Source: a virus
IMG/VR virus record: IMGVR_UViG_3300037475_000211
Location: 3,330-67,329 of that record
Reading direction: 5' to 3' (one strand)
DNA length: 64,000 nt
The notes under the pieces: generated by a model
The model's database searches: none
Told to the model about the DNA's origin: nothing
The model's input: the letters and a program-made list of their open reading frames with translations, nothing else
Shown here: one piece after another, positions 10,011 to 21,217 of the stretch
Numbering within the stretch: position 1 is the stretch's first letter
Layout of the letters: every line of letters begins with the position of its first letter
Translations under genes and position numbers: made by a program

Positions 10011-11316
10011 ATGTGTAATGAGTGTACTTTCTCTGAAAGTAAAAATGTTAAACATAATACTCTAAATTTAATTAGAGTGGATAAGGATGGAAAATATCAT
10101 TGTAAAACTTATCCGTGTTATGAATTGTTTTTTGAAAATAAAAAGCTTTGGTCTGCATATAAAATTCATGGTCGACTTCACAGAGAAGACGGACCAGCTG
10201 TTATTGAAATTTCTAAAGATGGCGTAGAACATTATAGTTGGTATATTGACGGATTTTCGTTGAAGGTTTCTTCTCAAGAAGAATTTGTAAATTCTACCTC
10301 TTATAAAGAGTGGAAACTAAGAGCATTCAAATAATGTGTGATGAATGTTTTGCAGAAGACATTGATAGTGAAAAACTTATTAATACAAATTATATTAAAA
10401 TAACTAATCATTTTAGAATAAATACAGACAAATTTCATTGTTTAACTGGTCCAGCAAGAACTTTTGTTTCTAAAAATAAAATTTATTATTACTGGTATGT
10501 TGATGATATTTGGATACATTGTTTTTCTCAAAAAGAATTTGAGTCTTCTAAAGAGTATAGAGTTTGGAAGTTAAAGGCTTTCACATAATGTGTAACGAAT
10601 GCTTTGAAGTTAAAGAGGGTTGTAATTTAATGAGAAGATCAATTAGTAATGGATCTTCTCATTGTTTATCTGATCATGCAATTATACTTAATTATTATAA
10701 GGCTGGATTAAAAATAGCTGATTGGTATATTAATGGGATTCGTATTAATGTAGGATCTCAAGAAGAATTTGAAAAGAGCAAAGAATATAGAGAGTGGAAG
10801 CTGCGAGTGTTTAAATAATGTGTAATGAATGTTTTATCAAAGAGTTTAACTATTTTCACGGAAAATTAGTTCAAAGAATTCAAAGATTTAATAAAAGTCA
10901 TTATCATTGTTTAACTGAACCCGCTAGATTATTCATTTATAATGATAATTTTGGCAGTTCTTTTGCCGACGTCGAAAAAGGTTGGTTCATTAATGGTATT
11001 GAAGTAAAAGTTTCTTCCCAAGAAGAACTAAAGAATTCTAATGAATATAGGATATGGAAGATGAGGGCATTTCATTAAAATAATGTGCAATGAATGTACT
11101 AAAAAAGATTTTAATCTTGCTGATGGAGTTTTAATTCAAAGAATTAATAAAGGATATTATCATTGTTTAACTTCTCCTGCTAGAGTTTTTATTAATAACT
11201 CTGGTAAAGTAGATAAAGATTGGTATATTGGTGGCATGCGAGTTAGAGTTTCTTCCAAAGAAGAGCTTGAGAAATCTTTAGAGTATAGAGAGTGGAAGAT
11301 AAAAGCATTTAAGTGA
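10011..11316 (+). repeat. Array of five tandem paralogous genes (starts 10011, 10334, 10588, 10818, 11083)
   Basis: Each begins MC[ND]EC, has HC, W[YF][IV]xx, S[QK][EK]E and ends WK[LMI][KR][AV]Fx; several joined by TAATG overlaps. Confidence 0.85.
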
Positions 11317-11325
11317 GGAACAAAT

Positions 11326-12432
11326 ATGTCAAACTGGGAACCACAAGTAGTAAAAATAGAAAAAGTAATTCATCATCCTAATGGTGATGCTTTAGATATT
11401 GCTTATGTTCTAGGAGATTATCCAGTTGTTGTACGACGAGGCGAATATAAAGTTGATGATTTAGCGGCGTATTTACAAGTTGATACGATAACTCCTGACA
11501 CAAATCAATTTTATTTTTTATGTCCAAAGGAATATGAAAAATATCTAGATGGTGATGAAATTAAACAAAGACAAATAGGTCCAAAATATCCTGTCGGTTC
11601 TGTTCCAGAAAAATATAGAGTTCTTAAGGCAAAGAAAATAAGAAATTTCTATTCAGAAGGAATGTTAGTTCCAGTACCAATTGTTAAACCTATACCTTTA
11701 TCTTTAGGAGATTCAGTTGTAGAAGCTTTATCTCTTAAAAAATATGAGGAAGAAAACGAAGAGAATCTACCTAATGTATTTAAAGCTAAAGGAACTAATG
11801 CTGCCCCACCGCCAAAAGGTTGGAGCATTCCGTATTATGACCTTGAAAATGTTAGGAAATATATTAAGTGTGTTGAAGAAGAAAAAGATATTATTCTTAC
11901 TGAAAAATTGAATGGTAGTAACGCCTCATTTTGTTTTGATGGCAATGATTTAGTTGTTAAGTCTCGTAACTATTATAAAAAATTAGATGAAGAAGATGAT
12001 ATGTGGATCGAGCTTGCTACAAGATTAAATCTAAAAGAGAAGCTATCTAAATATCCTATGATGGTTTTGTTTGGAGAATGTATTAATCAAGTAAAGGGAT
12101 TTAGATATCACACCAATTTAGTTGATGGTAAGTTATTAACAAATCTTATTTGTTTTGATATCTTTGATGTTAAAGCTGGAAAGTATTTAGACTATGATGA
12201 CTTTATCACGATAATAAAAGATCTAGATTTAGAATCTGCACCTTTGTTATATAGAGGTCCTTGGACTTCAAAAGAGGAAATGTATTCTTTTGCCGAAGGT
12301 AAATCTATTTTAAATGATAAAATAGTTAGAGAAGGATGGGTCCTTTCATTAGGTAAGGAAAGATTTGAGCCGAAACTTAATTCTAGATGTAAATTAAAAT
12401 TAATTGGAGAAGGTTATAATTTATCAAAATGA
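11326..12432 (+). CDS. ATP-dependent RNA ligase (Rnl2/DRB0094-like, N-terminal OB/tRNA-binding domain)
   Basis: HPNGDAL N-terminus, motif I TEKLNGSN, FGE, FDI, REGWV, C-terminal KLI. Confidence 0.85.
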   Translation: MSNWEPQVVKIEKVIHHPNGDALDIAYVLGDYPVVVRRGEYKVDDLAAYLQVDTITPDTNQFYFLCPKEYEKYLDGDEIKQRQIGPKYPVGSVPEKYRVLKAKKIRNFYSEGMLVPVPIVKPIPLSLGDSVVEALSLKKYEEENEENLPNVFKAKGTNAAPPPKGWSIPYYDLENVRKYIKCVEEEKDIILTEKLNGSNASFCFDGNDLVVKSRNYYKKLDEEDDMWIELATRLNLKEKLSKYPMMVLFGECINQVKGFRYHTNLVDGKLLTNLICFDIFDVKAGKYLDYDDFITIIKDLDLESAPLLYRGPWTSKEEMYSFAEGKSILNDKIVREGWVLSLGKERFEPKLNSRCKLKLIGEGYNLSK

Positions 12433-12686
12433 TAAGTTATGATGAAATTAATGTTTTAGCTGATGAAGTGCATCATACTTTTTATTATGGTAGATTTAAA
12501 ATAGAATTTAATAAAAAAATAGTTATGCTTCATGATGGTAAAAATGATGGTTTTTATTTTGAATTTTTTAATGATAAAATAAATTGGGAACAATTTCCTA
12601 AAAACTCTAAATTAATATCAAAAAAAGTTAAAGATTTTGCAGACATTAAATATAAACAATTTATTAAGTTATCAGCCTTTCTTTAA
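12429..12686 (+). CDS. Small protein with C-terminal tag
   Basis: Ends FIKLSAFL; NDKINW resembles the 22.3-kb paralogs. Confidence 0.55.
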   Translation: MISYDEINVLADEVHHTFYYGRFKIEFNKKIVMLHDGKNDGFYFEFFNDKINWEQFPKNSKLISKKVKDFADIKYKQFIKLSAFL

Positions 12687-14272
12687 AATCTTATAATGCA
12701 AATTGAAGATATAATAAATCAACTTCCAAACCATTGGGAAATGTGGTCTAGCGAAGAAGCTTCTGGTTGGGATGACCATTATAGAGATGCTAATAAGCCA
12801 GGATTTATTAGGAAAGATAGATTAGCAAGAATTTACTTCCATAACACCTTAGACATATTTGGTATAGAGTTTGATTATCATAATGATGGTTATTTTAAAC
12901 AGACACTTAAGTTAGCAATAACTTATGCTGATAATTATATAAACCAATATCCTTTAGAGTTTCATGTCTGTCAAGTATGTCAATGCAAAGCTACTTGGTA
13001 TTACGTTCCTGCATCAGAAATGTTTTTAGATGATAAGTTCTATTGTGCAGAGCATGTTCCAAGAGGATGTAGTTGTAATTTAAACTCTAATGGTACAGAA
13101 GATTTAGATGATGATGGTACTACATTAAGACAGTTGCCTTGTATAGAGTACGAGTTTAATAACTTTGGATTTCCGAAAGAACTATAATGAATCATAAAAC
13201 AATTATAATTGTGTTTACTACTATTGCTATTATTTTTGTAAGTTTTATATTGGTAACAGCTATTAAATCTACAGGTCCAGAATATCATAATGCTTTAATT
13301 AAAGAAGCACATCAATGGTGTTTTGATATGAAATTAAATTGTGATGCCATTAATTGTCCAGATGATCATGAGTTTAGTATTTGTGATGTTAAATATGGAA
13401 ATAATTTAGTGTCATTAAATTGTGGCGGTGGATTCTGTTCTATTAGAGAGTTAAAGAAATAAACATGAGTCAATATGATTTGCCTGGCGAAGAAGACGAT
13501 TTAGCTTTAGTAAAATTAATAGCTGAAAAATGGGGATATGGAAGATTAATGCAATTTTTATCCCAAGAATGGTATAAGAAAGATCCGATAGGAGCCTTAA
13601 CTATTGGTCCAGCATATCAGCATTATGAAAAAGTTAATTCTATGTTAGATAATTTAATTGGAGATTATAAATCTAATGAAGAAGAATTGACCGCAGAAGA
13701 TTTAGATGTTTTAAATATGATTTTTAAAGAACGCCATGAGGAAGAACATTCTGTATTAGATCCTGATGGCGAGATAGATGATACCTAATGAATCAATATA
13801 AAAATATAAATTATTATAGCACTTTAAATTTAAATGGTGGCAGCTTATCGTTCAGTGATAACCTTCTTGATATTTATGCCATAATAGAATTCAAAGATTT
13901 TAGAATAATTTTAAAAAACATTGGAGATAATTTTGAAATTATTGGAACAAGAAAATCAGATTTATTAAATTTTTATTCCTTAAAAATAAAAGAACATGAT
14001 TTATTGAATTATATTCAAAAATTAATTGATTCTGCATCAGAAAAAATGTTAGCAATACCAGAAAGAAAATCGTCTCAATTTGCACCCTTTGATAAATCTA
14101 CACATGAAGCTAGAATGAAGCGCATCAAAGCATTGTCTAAGAGACAATATATGGATGATGGTCCTGTAGCATTGTATCATGCTTTGCTTCAATTAAAAGA
14201 AAAAGGTTTCGATGGTACTTTGGAGTGGGCTTTGCTAGAGCTGGAAAAACTTTATAAATTGAATGAGGAAGC

Positions 14273-14288
14273 TCCCATCGAGTAACGG
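14273..14288 (+). promoter_or_regulatory. TCCCATC-N3-TAACGG motif, copy 2
   Basis: tcccatc gag taacgg, overlapping the stop of 13788..14285 and upstream of the phosphoesterase. Confidence 0.65.
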
Positions 14289-14316
14289 TGGTGTGACTTT
14301 AGATAGGATAAATAAA

Positions 14317-14883
14317 ATGTTATGGCTAACTTCAGATAATCATTATTTTCATAATAATGTGATAAAATATTCATCTCGCCCATTTGCTGATGTTCAAGAA
14401 ATGAATGAAACACTAATTAAAAATTGGAATGCAGTAGTCAAACCTAATGATGAGGTTTGGGATCTTGGCGACTTTTCATTTGGAAATTATATGCAAACCT
14501 GTGCGATCTTATCGAGATTAAATGGTAAGCATCATTTTGTCATGGGAAACCATGATAAAATTATTGCTCAAAATAAACAAGATTTATTGAAATCAAAACT
14601 ACTTCATAGTATTCAAGATTACAAAGAATTAAAATATAATGGTAATAATATTGTTCTGTTTCATTTCCCAATGAGAACTTGGAATCGTGCACATCATAAC
14701 AGTATATTATGCCACGGACATTGTCATGGTAATATTGATATGTGGGGTAAATCAGTTGATATTGGCGTAGATGCAAAGTTTATTCATTCAGAATATAGAC
14801 CAACTTCACTTGATGAAATTATAGAATTTATGAATAAAGTTCCTGTAAAGATTGTTGATCATCATGATGGAAGCAGAATGTAA
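14317..14883 (+). CDS. Calcineurin-like metallophosphoesterase
   Basis: SDNH, LGDF, GNHD, HFP, HGHCH. Confidence 0.9.
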   Translation: MLWLTSDNHYFHNNVIKYSSRPFADVQEMNETLIKNWNAVVKPNDEVWDLGDFSFGNYMQTCAILSRLNGKHHFVMGNHDKIIAQNKQDLLKSKLLHSIQDYKELKYNGNNIVLFHFPMRTWNRAHHNSILCHGHCHGNIDMWGKSVDIGVDAKFIHSEYRPTSLDEIIEFMNKVPVKIVDHHDGSRM

Positions 14884-14973
14884 TGCTAAGAACTATAACT
14901 GATGATAAAAATTTAGAAATTTGTATATCTGATCTTGTATCAGGAGGATATGTAATATTACATATTGTTCCAA

Positions 14974-15699
14974 TTAAATTCTGGAAATATGCTTCCAAGC
15001 ATATCCTAATCTGATTTTTCCAATAGTTATTGATGATACATTAAATTCTAACGCTATTTCATTATCTTTAATATTGTTTTTAATTTTGTTTATAATTAAT
15101 AAAACATCATTTTCTTTTAATTTAGCCCTTGAATTATTTTCACCTTTACTCTGTTCAGACATCTTTTTTCTTGTTTCTGTTGTTGGAATAACAGATATCC
15201 CTTTTCTTCCACGTGAAATTGCAGCGCAAGTTGCAGCAGACCGCTTTTTACCTTTACGTTGTTCCGACCACTTTTTTCTTGTTTCACTTGTATGTTTCAT
15301 GCCAATTTTAGCTTGGCTAATTTTTAATTTTGTTTCTTCTGTTTGGCGTCTGCCAAGCATATTTTTTCTATGTTTCTCTCTTGTTTCATCAGAAACAATT
15401 TTTTTAGATAAATTTCCTCCAAGCTCTATATTGTAGCCTCGGCATTCATCTCTACTTTGTAAATATTCAATCCAAAATATTTCTGCTTCATCAATAATAT
15501 CTGACGAATATTCTGCAAATACAATAAATTCAAAATTATTTATACCATATTTTCTCATAGAACTATATAATTTACCAGGAGCTAACCTAGAAAAACAATC
15601 ATATTTATGTTGATTTTTCCTTCGTGTAGGATTTACAGTTTGTCCTATATAAATTTTATTATTTAAAATATTTCTAAATATATAGATATAATGTGTCAT
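14974..15699 (-). mobile_element. GIY-YIG homing endonuclease with NUMOD3 repeats
   Basis: YIYIF...IYIGQT; ETR/ETKLKIS repeats; GENNSRAKL. Confidence 0.9.
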
Positions 15700-15706
15700 A
15701 TCTTTT

Positions 15707-15714
15707 TATATATC
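15707..15714 (-). promoter_or_regulatory. GATATATA motif upstream of the GIY-YIG gene
   Basis: + strand tatatatc, 7 nt from the start codon. Confidence 0.45.
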
Positions 15715-15736
15715 AACGTTAACTGGATTGAGGAAA

Positions 15737-16042
15737 ATGAAAGTTTATTTAGATGATGAGCGTAAAACGCCTGATGGTTGGACGAGAACATACTCTGTTA
15801 AAGATACGATTGAGTTACTTAAAACATATCAAGTAAAAGAATTATCTTTAGATCATGATTTGGGAGACGATCAAAAATTAGGAACCGGCTATGATTGCAT
15901 TTTATGGATTGAAGAGAAAGTCTTTAATGATCCGAATTATATTCCACCTATTATGACAATTCATTCTGCTAATCCGGCTGGTAGAAAGAATATGGAATTA
16001 GGAATTAATTCCATTAAAAGAATTATTGAAAATAGAAAATGA
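15737..16042 (+). CDS. Cyclic-phosphate-processing receiver-domain protein
   Basis: VYLDDER, LSLDHDLG, TGYD, IHSANPAG. Confidence 0.8.
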   Translation: MKVYLDDERKTPDGWTRTYSVKDTIELLKTYQVKELSLDHDLGDDQKLGTGYDCILWIEEKVFNDPNYIPPIMTIHSANPAGRKNMELGINSIKRIIENRK

Positions 16043-16580
16043 ATTGTCCTTTATGTTCAAACAAAGATAATCGACATGAAGATTTAGATCATGAATTTGT
16101 TTTAAACACTGTATATTGGTATCTTTATAAAAGAGATTTAGATCGAGAATCTTTTAATTTAATAGGACAGTCATCAGCCGGTGAATATTATGTAGCAAAA
16201 AATTATATAACTACTAATAGAGTTAATTTAAATCTAAAATATTTAGATATTAAAGATGCTCCACAACTTTTAATTAAAATCAATAAATTAAAATTATACT
16301 TATGATTTGTCCTTACTGTAAAAAAGATCATACTGGTGATGTTTATGGTAAAATCTTTTGTAAAGATTTTAATCATATATTTGTTTTCCTTCTTGAAAAT
16401 AAATGTTGGTATCTTTTTTTAGGAAAAAATTGTAAGCCCTATAACCAAATAGGTATGGCAGATAATCATTCTAAATTTTACATTAGAAATGCTGATGAAA
16501 TAATTTCAATTTCAGAATTTAAAATAGATAATTGTTTTGAAGTATTAAAAAGATTTAATAGATTAAAAGCGTTTAGTTAA
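16039..16580 (+). other. Two Zn-ribbon small-protein genes (16039..16305, 16302..16580) with C-terminal tag
   Basis: MxCPxC...H.F...WYL; end NKLKLYL and NRLKAFS. Confidence 0.65.
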
Positions 16581-16772
16581 AAGGATAATTAATGAGCTCA
16601 AACATAATAACATATATAGTTGTCATTATTAATGAGGATGGCACTAAAACAAATTACGGATCTGTTCGTCATCCTGATGGAAAAATTAAAGCAGAGAAGG
16701 TTGCAGAAGCTCTTAGAGCTGAAGGTAAAGTAGTAGAAGTTATTCCTTATATTGGACCAACAACAAGGTTTG

Positions 16773-17162
16773 ATGTATAATATAGATTATATGTTTTTTC
16801 TTAAAAAAGAATTATCTGATTGGACAAATGATCATGATCATGGCTATAATCATATAAGATTTATTAAATCAGATTTAGGAAAAAATTCTGGTTATTTTAT
16901 TGGATTGAATTGTATAGAAAGTTTAATAGATCACTCAAAACCTTACATGTATGCAAGTTATGCATTAGATCTTAAGTATAAAAAAATAAATCTTAAAATA
17001 TTGAGGTGGAATATTTTTGGATCAGAAGTATTTGATGAGCTTATTAAGCATTATAATAAATCATTTAATGATCCTAAATATACATTTGATCAATTAGATT
17101 ATGCTAAAAATAATATAGATAATTTTATAGTTAAGTTTGATAAACTAAAGGTATACATATGA
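16773..17162 (+). CDS. Small protein with C-terminal tag
   Basis: Ends FDKLKVYI. Confidence 0.55.
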   Translation: MYNIDYMFFLKKELSDWTNDHDHGYNHIRFIKSDLGKNSGYFIGLNCIESLIDHSKPYMYASYALDLKYKKINLKILRWNIFGSEVFDELIKHYNKSFNDPKYTFDQLDYAKNNIDNFIVKFDKLKVYI

Positions 17163-17379
17163 TTTGTGTAAAACATAAAGACGGCAGAATTATTTTAATG
17201 GCAGCAGAAAATAATCTTAAACCTATGCTCTTTTATCCCCAAAGTAAGAATTGGGAGCCTGCTCTTATTTCTGGGGAAGAATTAAATGATTTCTCTGATA
17301 TTAGAGATACTAATTTAGTCAATTTGTTGTTAACAGATGCTAAGATTTTTGCCGAAAAGAACCCTCAATTTAAAATTAA

Positions 17380-17643
17380 ATGAATTGTCCTTGTTGTAAG
17401 GTTCCATCTATAGAACGCGATAGTCTGTTTGTATGTGATACAGAAGATCATGAATTTACCTTTGTTAAAAGTTCAGGTAGCTGGTGGTTTAATATGATTA
17501 AACCTAATTATCAAATAGGGCGTGATATTAATTCTGATTATTATGTGGGCATCAAACATAATATATTTAATATTTCAAAAATTAACGTGCAAGATTGTGT
17601 AGATTATTTAAATAGATTTTTAAAATTAAAGAGCTTTCTTTAA
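17380..17643 (+). CDS. Zn-ribbon small protein with C-terminal tag
   Basis: MNCPCC...HEF...WW; ends FLKLKSFL. Confidence 0.6.
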   Translation: MNCPCCKVPSIERDSLFVCDTEDHEFTFVKSSGSWWFNMIKPNYQIGRDINSDYYVGIKHNIFNISKINVQDCVDYLNRFLKLKSFL

Positions 17644-17656
17644 AAAGGAGTTGAAT

Positions 17657-17842
17657 ATGGAAGAACAGTTTTTAGGTTTGACTAAAAAAGGCGCTCAACA
17701 AAAAGCAGAACAAATGAATCTAATATTTAGATTAATTAGTGTTAATGGGGAGCCTATGTTTTCATATCCCTCTGATATTAGAACAGACCGTATTTGTGTG
17801 GAAATTAATAATGGAGCTGTAACTGTAGCGAAATTACAATGA
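17657..17842 (+). CDS. Possible protease inhibitor (potato inhibitor I / I78-like)
   Basis: FLGLT...A...R...SDIRTDRICVEINNGAV resembles the T.D.r.dR reactive-loop pattern. Confidence 0.5.
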   Translation: MEEQFLGLTKKGAQQKAEQMNLIFRLISVNGEPMFSYPSDIRTDRICVEINNGAVTVAKLQ

Positions 17843-18633
17843 TTAGAGCTATTGCCTTTAAAGGTGGATATGTTGAGGGTAATACTTGTTCTTGGATGGT
17901 ATATCAAGTATCAGATAATTTTGCCTTTTCAACTGCTAAAGAAGCATTAGCCTCTTTATCACATTATTTATTTCATAAATTTTCTTTAGATTATAAACAT
18001 ATTAATATTGATGATTGGAACCAATTTATTTGGTCTCTGTTTGGATCAGATAATGATAGTTATGGATATGATTCTTCTGAAGAAGCTCAGCAGGCTTGTG
18101 GTGCTGATTGGCTATATTATGTTTATGGATTTGATGTCCCATTAAATGAAATGATAGTTATTCATGAACGAGCAGAGAATATTTTTCTGTGTTCTTTAAA
18201 TGATAATCATAAAGAATTTTATGCTAAGTTTGATGAGGATGATGATTTTTCTGATGGTCCAAATGATATGGATTTAGAAGCTTATAAAGAGTTAATTGAG
18301 GAATAAAAATGGATCCAAGACTTGAATTAGCTCTTACAGAAGGAGCAATTGCTCAAATGAAAAATAAAGAAAAAGCAGATCTTCTTCTTAAGAAAAGAAT
18401 TTATAAAGAATTGCCTCGTGCAAAGAAATGGATTTCTAAATATTTATTTAAAAAAATTAAAGAAGATCTTTCTAAAGGAGAAAAGTTTACTTATATTTCT
18501 TGGCATAGCCCAACTTTTCCTGTCTTTTTTAAGTTTAGTATGATTGCTTTGTTTGATGAAATATCTAAAATAGATGGACTGACTGTTAAGTGGTCAATAT
18601 TTAAAAATGATATTATGATTTATTGGGATTAAT

Positions 18634-19392
18634 ATGACGGACAAATTAAAGAAAAAGATTTATGATCTTGTAGAAGCTGAAGGTGAGCACGACTTCTTTG
18701 ATCATTTTATTCTTACTTTAGTTGTACTTAATATTTTTGCCGTAGGATTAGAAACAATTGAAAGTATTAAAGCACATTATTATAATCAATTCTTTTACTT
18801 TAGATATTTTTCTATTCTAATATTTTCAATAGAATATGTTTTAAGAATTTGGTGCTGTAATATTCTTCCAGAATATAGTCATCCTTTGTGGGGTAGATTA
18901 AAGTTTGCAATTAGACCAATTGTTTTAATAGATTTAATATCTATTTTCCCATTCTATTTTCCAATTGGCAAATTAGATTTAAGGCATCTTCAAATGTTTA
19001 AGATGCTTCGATACTCACATTCTGTTCAAGATTTGATTAAAATAATTAAAACACAGGGTAAAGCATTGCTTAGTGGTATTATTTTAATTGGTATGTTAAT
19101 GGTAATTTCTGGATCTATTCTTTATTATTTAGAATATCCAGAACAACCAAAGGTTTTTTCTAGTATACCAGCTTCTATGTGGTGGGCAATTGTCACCATT
19201 ACTACTGTTGGATATGGAGATATGTTTCCAATATCTTTCTTAGGTAAGCTATTTGCAGCAATAACTGCTATATGTGGCATTGGTTTATTTGCCTTGCCAG
19301 CAGGTATTATGGGTGCAGCTTTCTTAGATAATGTGAAAGAACAAAGGGCTCCATCTAAGTTTTGTGGCAATTGTGGAAGTAAACATGACTGA
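18634..19392 (+). CDS. 6-TM voltage-gated-type potassium channel
   Basis: WWAIVTITTVGYGD selectivity filter; S1-S6 hydrophobic segments; C-terminal CxxC. Confidence 0.92.
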   Translation: MTDKLKKKIYDLVEAEGEHDFFDHFILTLVVLNIFAVGLETIESIKAHYYNQFFYFRYFSILIFSIEYVLRIWCCNILPEYSHPLWGRLKFAIRPIVLIDLISIFPFYFPIGKLDLRHLQMFKMLRYSHSVQDLIKIIKTQGKALLSGIILIGMLMVISGSILYYLEYPEQPKVFSSIPASMWWAIVTITTVGYGDMFPISFLGKLFAAITAICGIGLFALPAGIMGAAFLDNVKEQRAPSKFCGNCGSKHD

Positions 19393-19693
19393 TACTATAC
19401 CAAATTGTCCTGTTTGTAAAACTAAACTTATTGCTGATTCTAGATATCTTTTAGGTCCTCCAGAAGATATGTATATGTGTGACACCAGTTATCATAGTTT
19501 TGTTTATTTTAAATCTACAAATAGATTTGGTTTAGTTATTGAAATTAATAAAGATCAAATAATAGCATCTATTGATTTAATTTCAATTAATAAAAATAAT
19601 TTTCATGTTCCAGAAAATTATTGTGTAAATAATTGTTATGAAATTTTAATGAGTTTATATGAAAAATATAATAGTAATAGAGCATTCTCATGA
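19385..19693 (+). CDS. Zn-ribbon small protein with C-terminal tag variant
   Basis: CPVC...C...HSF; ends NSNRAFS. Confidence 0.55.
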   Translation: MTDTIPNCPVCKTKLIADSRYLLGPPEDMYMCDTSYHSFVYFKSTNRFGLVIEINKDQIIASIDLISINKNNFHVPENYCVNNCYEILMSLYEKYNSNRAFS

Positions 19694-19974
19694 TTTTAAC
19701 AGATGAAATTAAAGCAAAGTTAACAGCAGAACAACTGGTTGTTGTTGAGAAATGGATTCTTGAACGTCAAGAAAGAGAAAAGATTATCTCTAAATTAGAA
19801 GCAGGAGAACTTTCGCCTTTAGAAGCCATGTATCAATTGACTGCTACTTCTCCAGAATATTGTGAACACAATAGATCAATAATGAGTAATTGTCATTGTT
19901 GTGATGAAATAGAACAAATTATTAATCCTGATTTTTCTAAAGAATTAGAATAATATTATTGTCTCCCTGGAACG

Positions 19975-19990
19975 TCCCATCGTATAACGG
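19975..19990 (+). promoter_or_regulatory. TCCCATC-N3-TAACGG motif, copy 3
   Basis: tcccatc gta taacgg in the intergenic gap before 20015. Confidence 0.7.
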
Positions 19991-20014
19991 TAGTCATCAG
20001 CACTATAAGTAACC

Positions 20015-21217
20015 ATGCAATCAGTTATATTTGATATTCCTGCCACGAAAAAGTCTTCTGTTGAAGTTCAACTCTCTAAGTTTAATAAGAGAGCTGAGAG
20101 GCTTAATATGGAAGCTATTGTTTGGTCTTGGGGAAAAGCTTTTAATAAAACTATTGATCGTGTTATCAATACTGGCGTTGATTCATTTACTGAAACTCAA
20201 AGTGTTTTATTTATTCCAATTACTATTGAGGGCAATTTAGATGTTTCTTTTGATGGATGGGAGTTTGTTGCAACTCTTCAACATTTAAAAACTGGCGAGA
20301 ATATTATTAGAACTTTAAAAGGATCTAATTACGAGATTCCGGTTCAATATAGAAATTCTGGTAGTGCTTGTGAACATTGTCGAGTTAAAAGATATCGTAA
20401 GGATACTTATTTATTAAGCCATAAAAATGGTGATACTGTCCAAGTCGGAAGCAGTTGCATTAAAGACTTTCTAGGAGATAATACTCCAGAAAATATTTTA
20501 AACAAAGCAAGTCTTGTTTCTGAGCTTCATTGGTACTTAAGCGGCTCTGCTACTGGTGGTGCTGGTGGGGACATAGTATTTCCTATCTTAGATTTTTTAA
20601 GTAAAACATCTGCTATTATTTCTAAATATGGCTGGGTTAGTAAGTCAAAAGCTTATGAAGAAGGAGCAATGTCTACTGCATCAATGGTTTTGGATGATTT
20701 ACTTCCCCCTCAAAATGCAGGATGTCGACCCATTCATGTTTCAAATGCTGATATTTTCAAGGCACAAGACGCATTAAATTGGGTAGAATCATTGACTGAT
20801 GAACAGTGTTTAGAGTCTGATTATTGTTATAATATTAGAACCATTTGTAGGAGCGGAATGGTTGGCATGAAAACGGTTGGATTTGCTGCTAGTATCATTT
20901 CTAGTTATGAAAACCATTTAAAGAAAACTACAGCAAAAGTAAAGGCTGTCTCTAATCATGTTGGTAATGTAAAAGATAAAGTGGAGTTTAAATTAACTCT
21001 AAAGGTAGAATCTACTTTTGCAACCAGATATGGTCTTACTCGACTTTATATTTTTAATGATAAAGATGGAAATGAATTTGTTTGGATGACATCTAAAGAT
21101 GAAATGTTGAAAGAGAAATCTAAATATTTAGTTAGTGGTACTATTAAAGCGCATGATAATTATAAAGGGACGGCACAAACACATTTAACTCGTTGTAAGG
21201 TTTCAACTTCATTATGA
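20015..21217 (+). CDS. Phage protein with Zn-binding region and probable C-terminal OB fold
   Basis: CEHC...R...VGSSC; C-terminal GTIKAH..YKG..QT.LTR. Confidence 0.55.
   Translation: MQSVIFDIPATKKSSVEVQLSKFNKRAERLNMEAIVWSWGKAFNKTIDRVINTGVDSFTETQSVLFIPITIEGNLDVSFDGWEFVATLQHLKTGENIIRTLKGSNYEIPVQYRNSGSACEHCRVKRYRKDTYLLSHKNGDTVQVGSSCIKDFLGDNTPENILNKASLVSELHWYLSGSATGGAGGDIVFPILDFLSKTSAIISKYGWVSKSKAYEEGAMSTASMVLDDLLPPQNAGCRPIHVSNADIFKAQDALNWVESLTDEQCLESDYCYNIRTICRSGMVGMKTVGFAASIISSYENHLKKTTAKVKAVSNHVGNVKDKVEFKLTLKVESTFATRYGLTRLYIFNDKDGNEFVWMTSKDEMLKEKSKYLVSGTIKAHDNYKGTAQTHLTRCKVSTSL

Noticed and set aside
10011-11316. Diversity-generating retroelement acting on the MCNEC array
   Set aside because: No reverse transcriptase in the window and no near-identical TR/VR pair differing only at adenines; the copies differ by indels throughout
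15074-15436. + strand 120-aa hydrophobic ORF
   Set aside because: Antisense shadow of the Lys-rich GIY-YIG gene; the other short nested or antisense ORFs in the track were dismissed for the same reason
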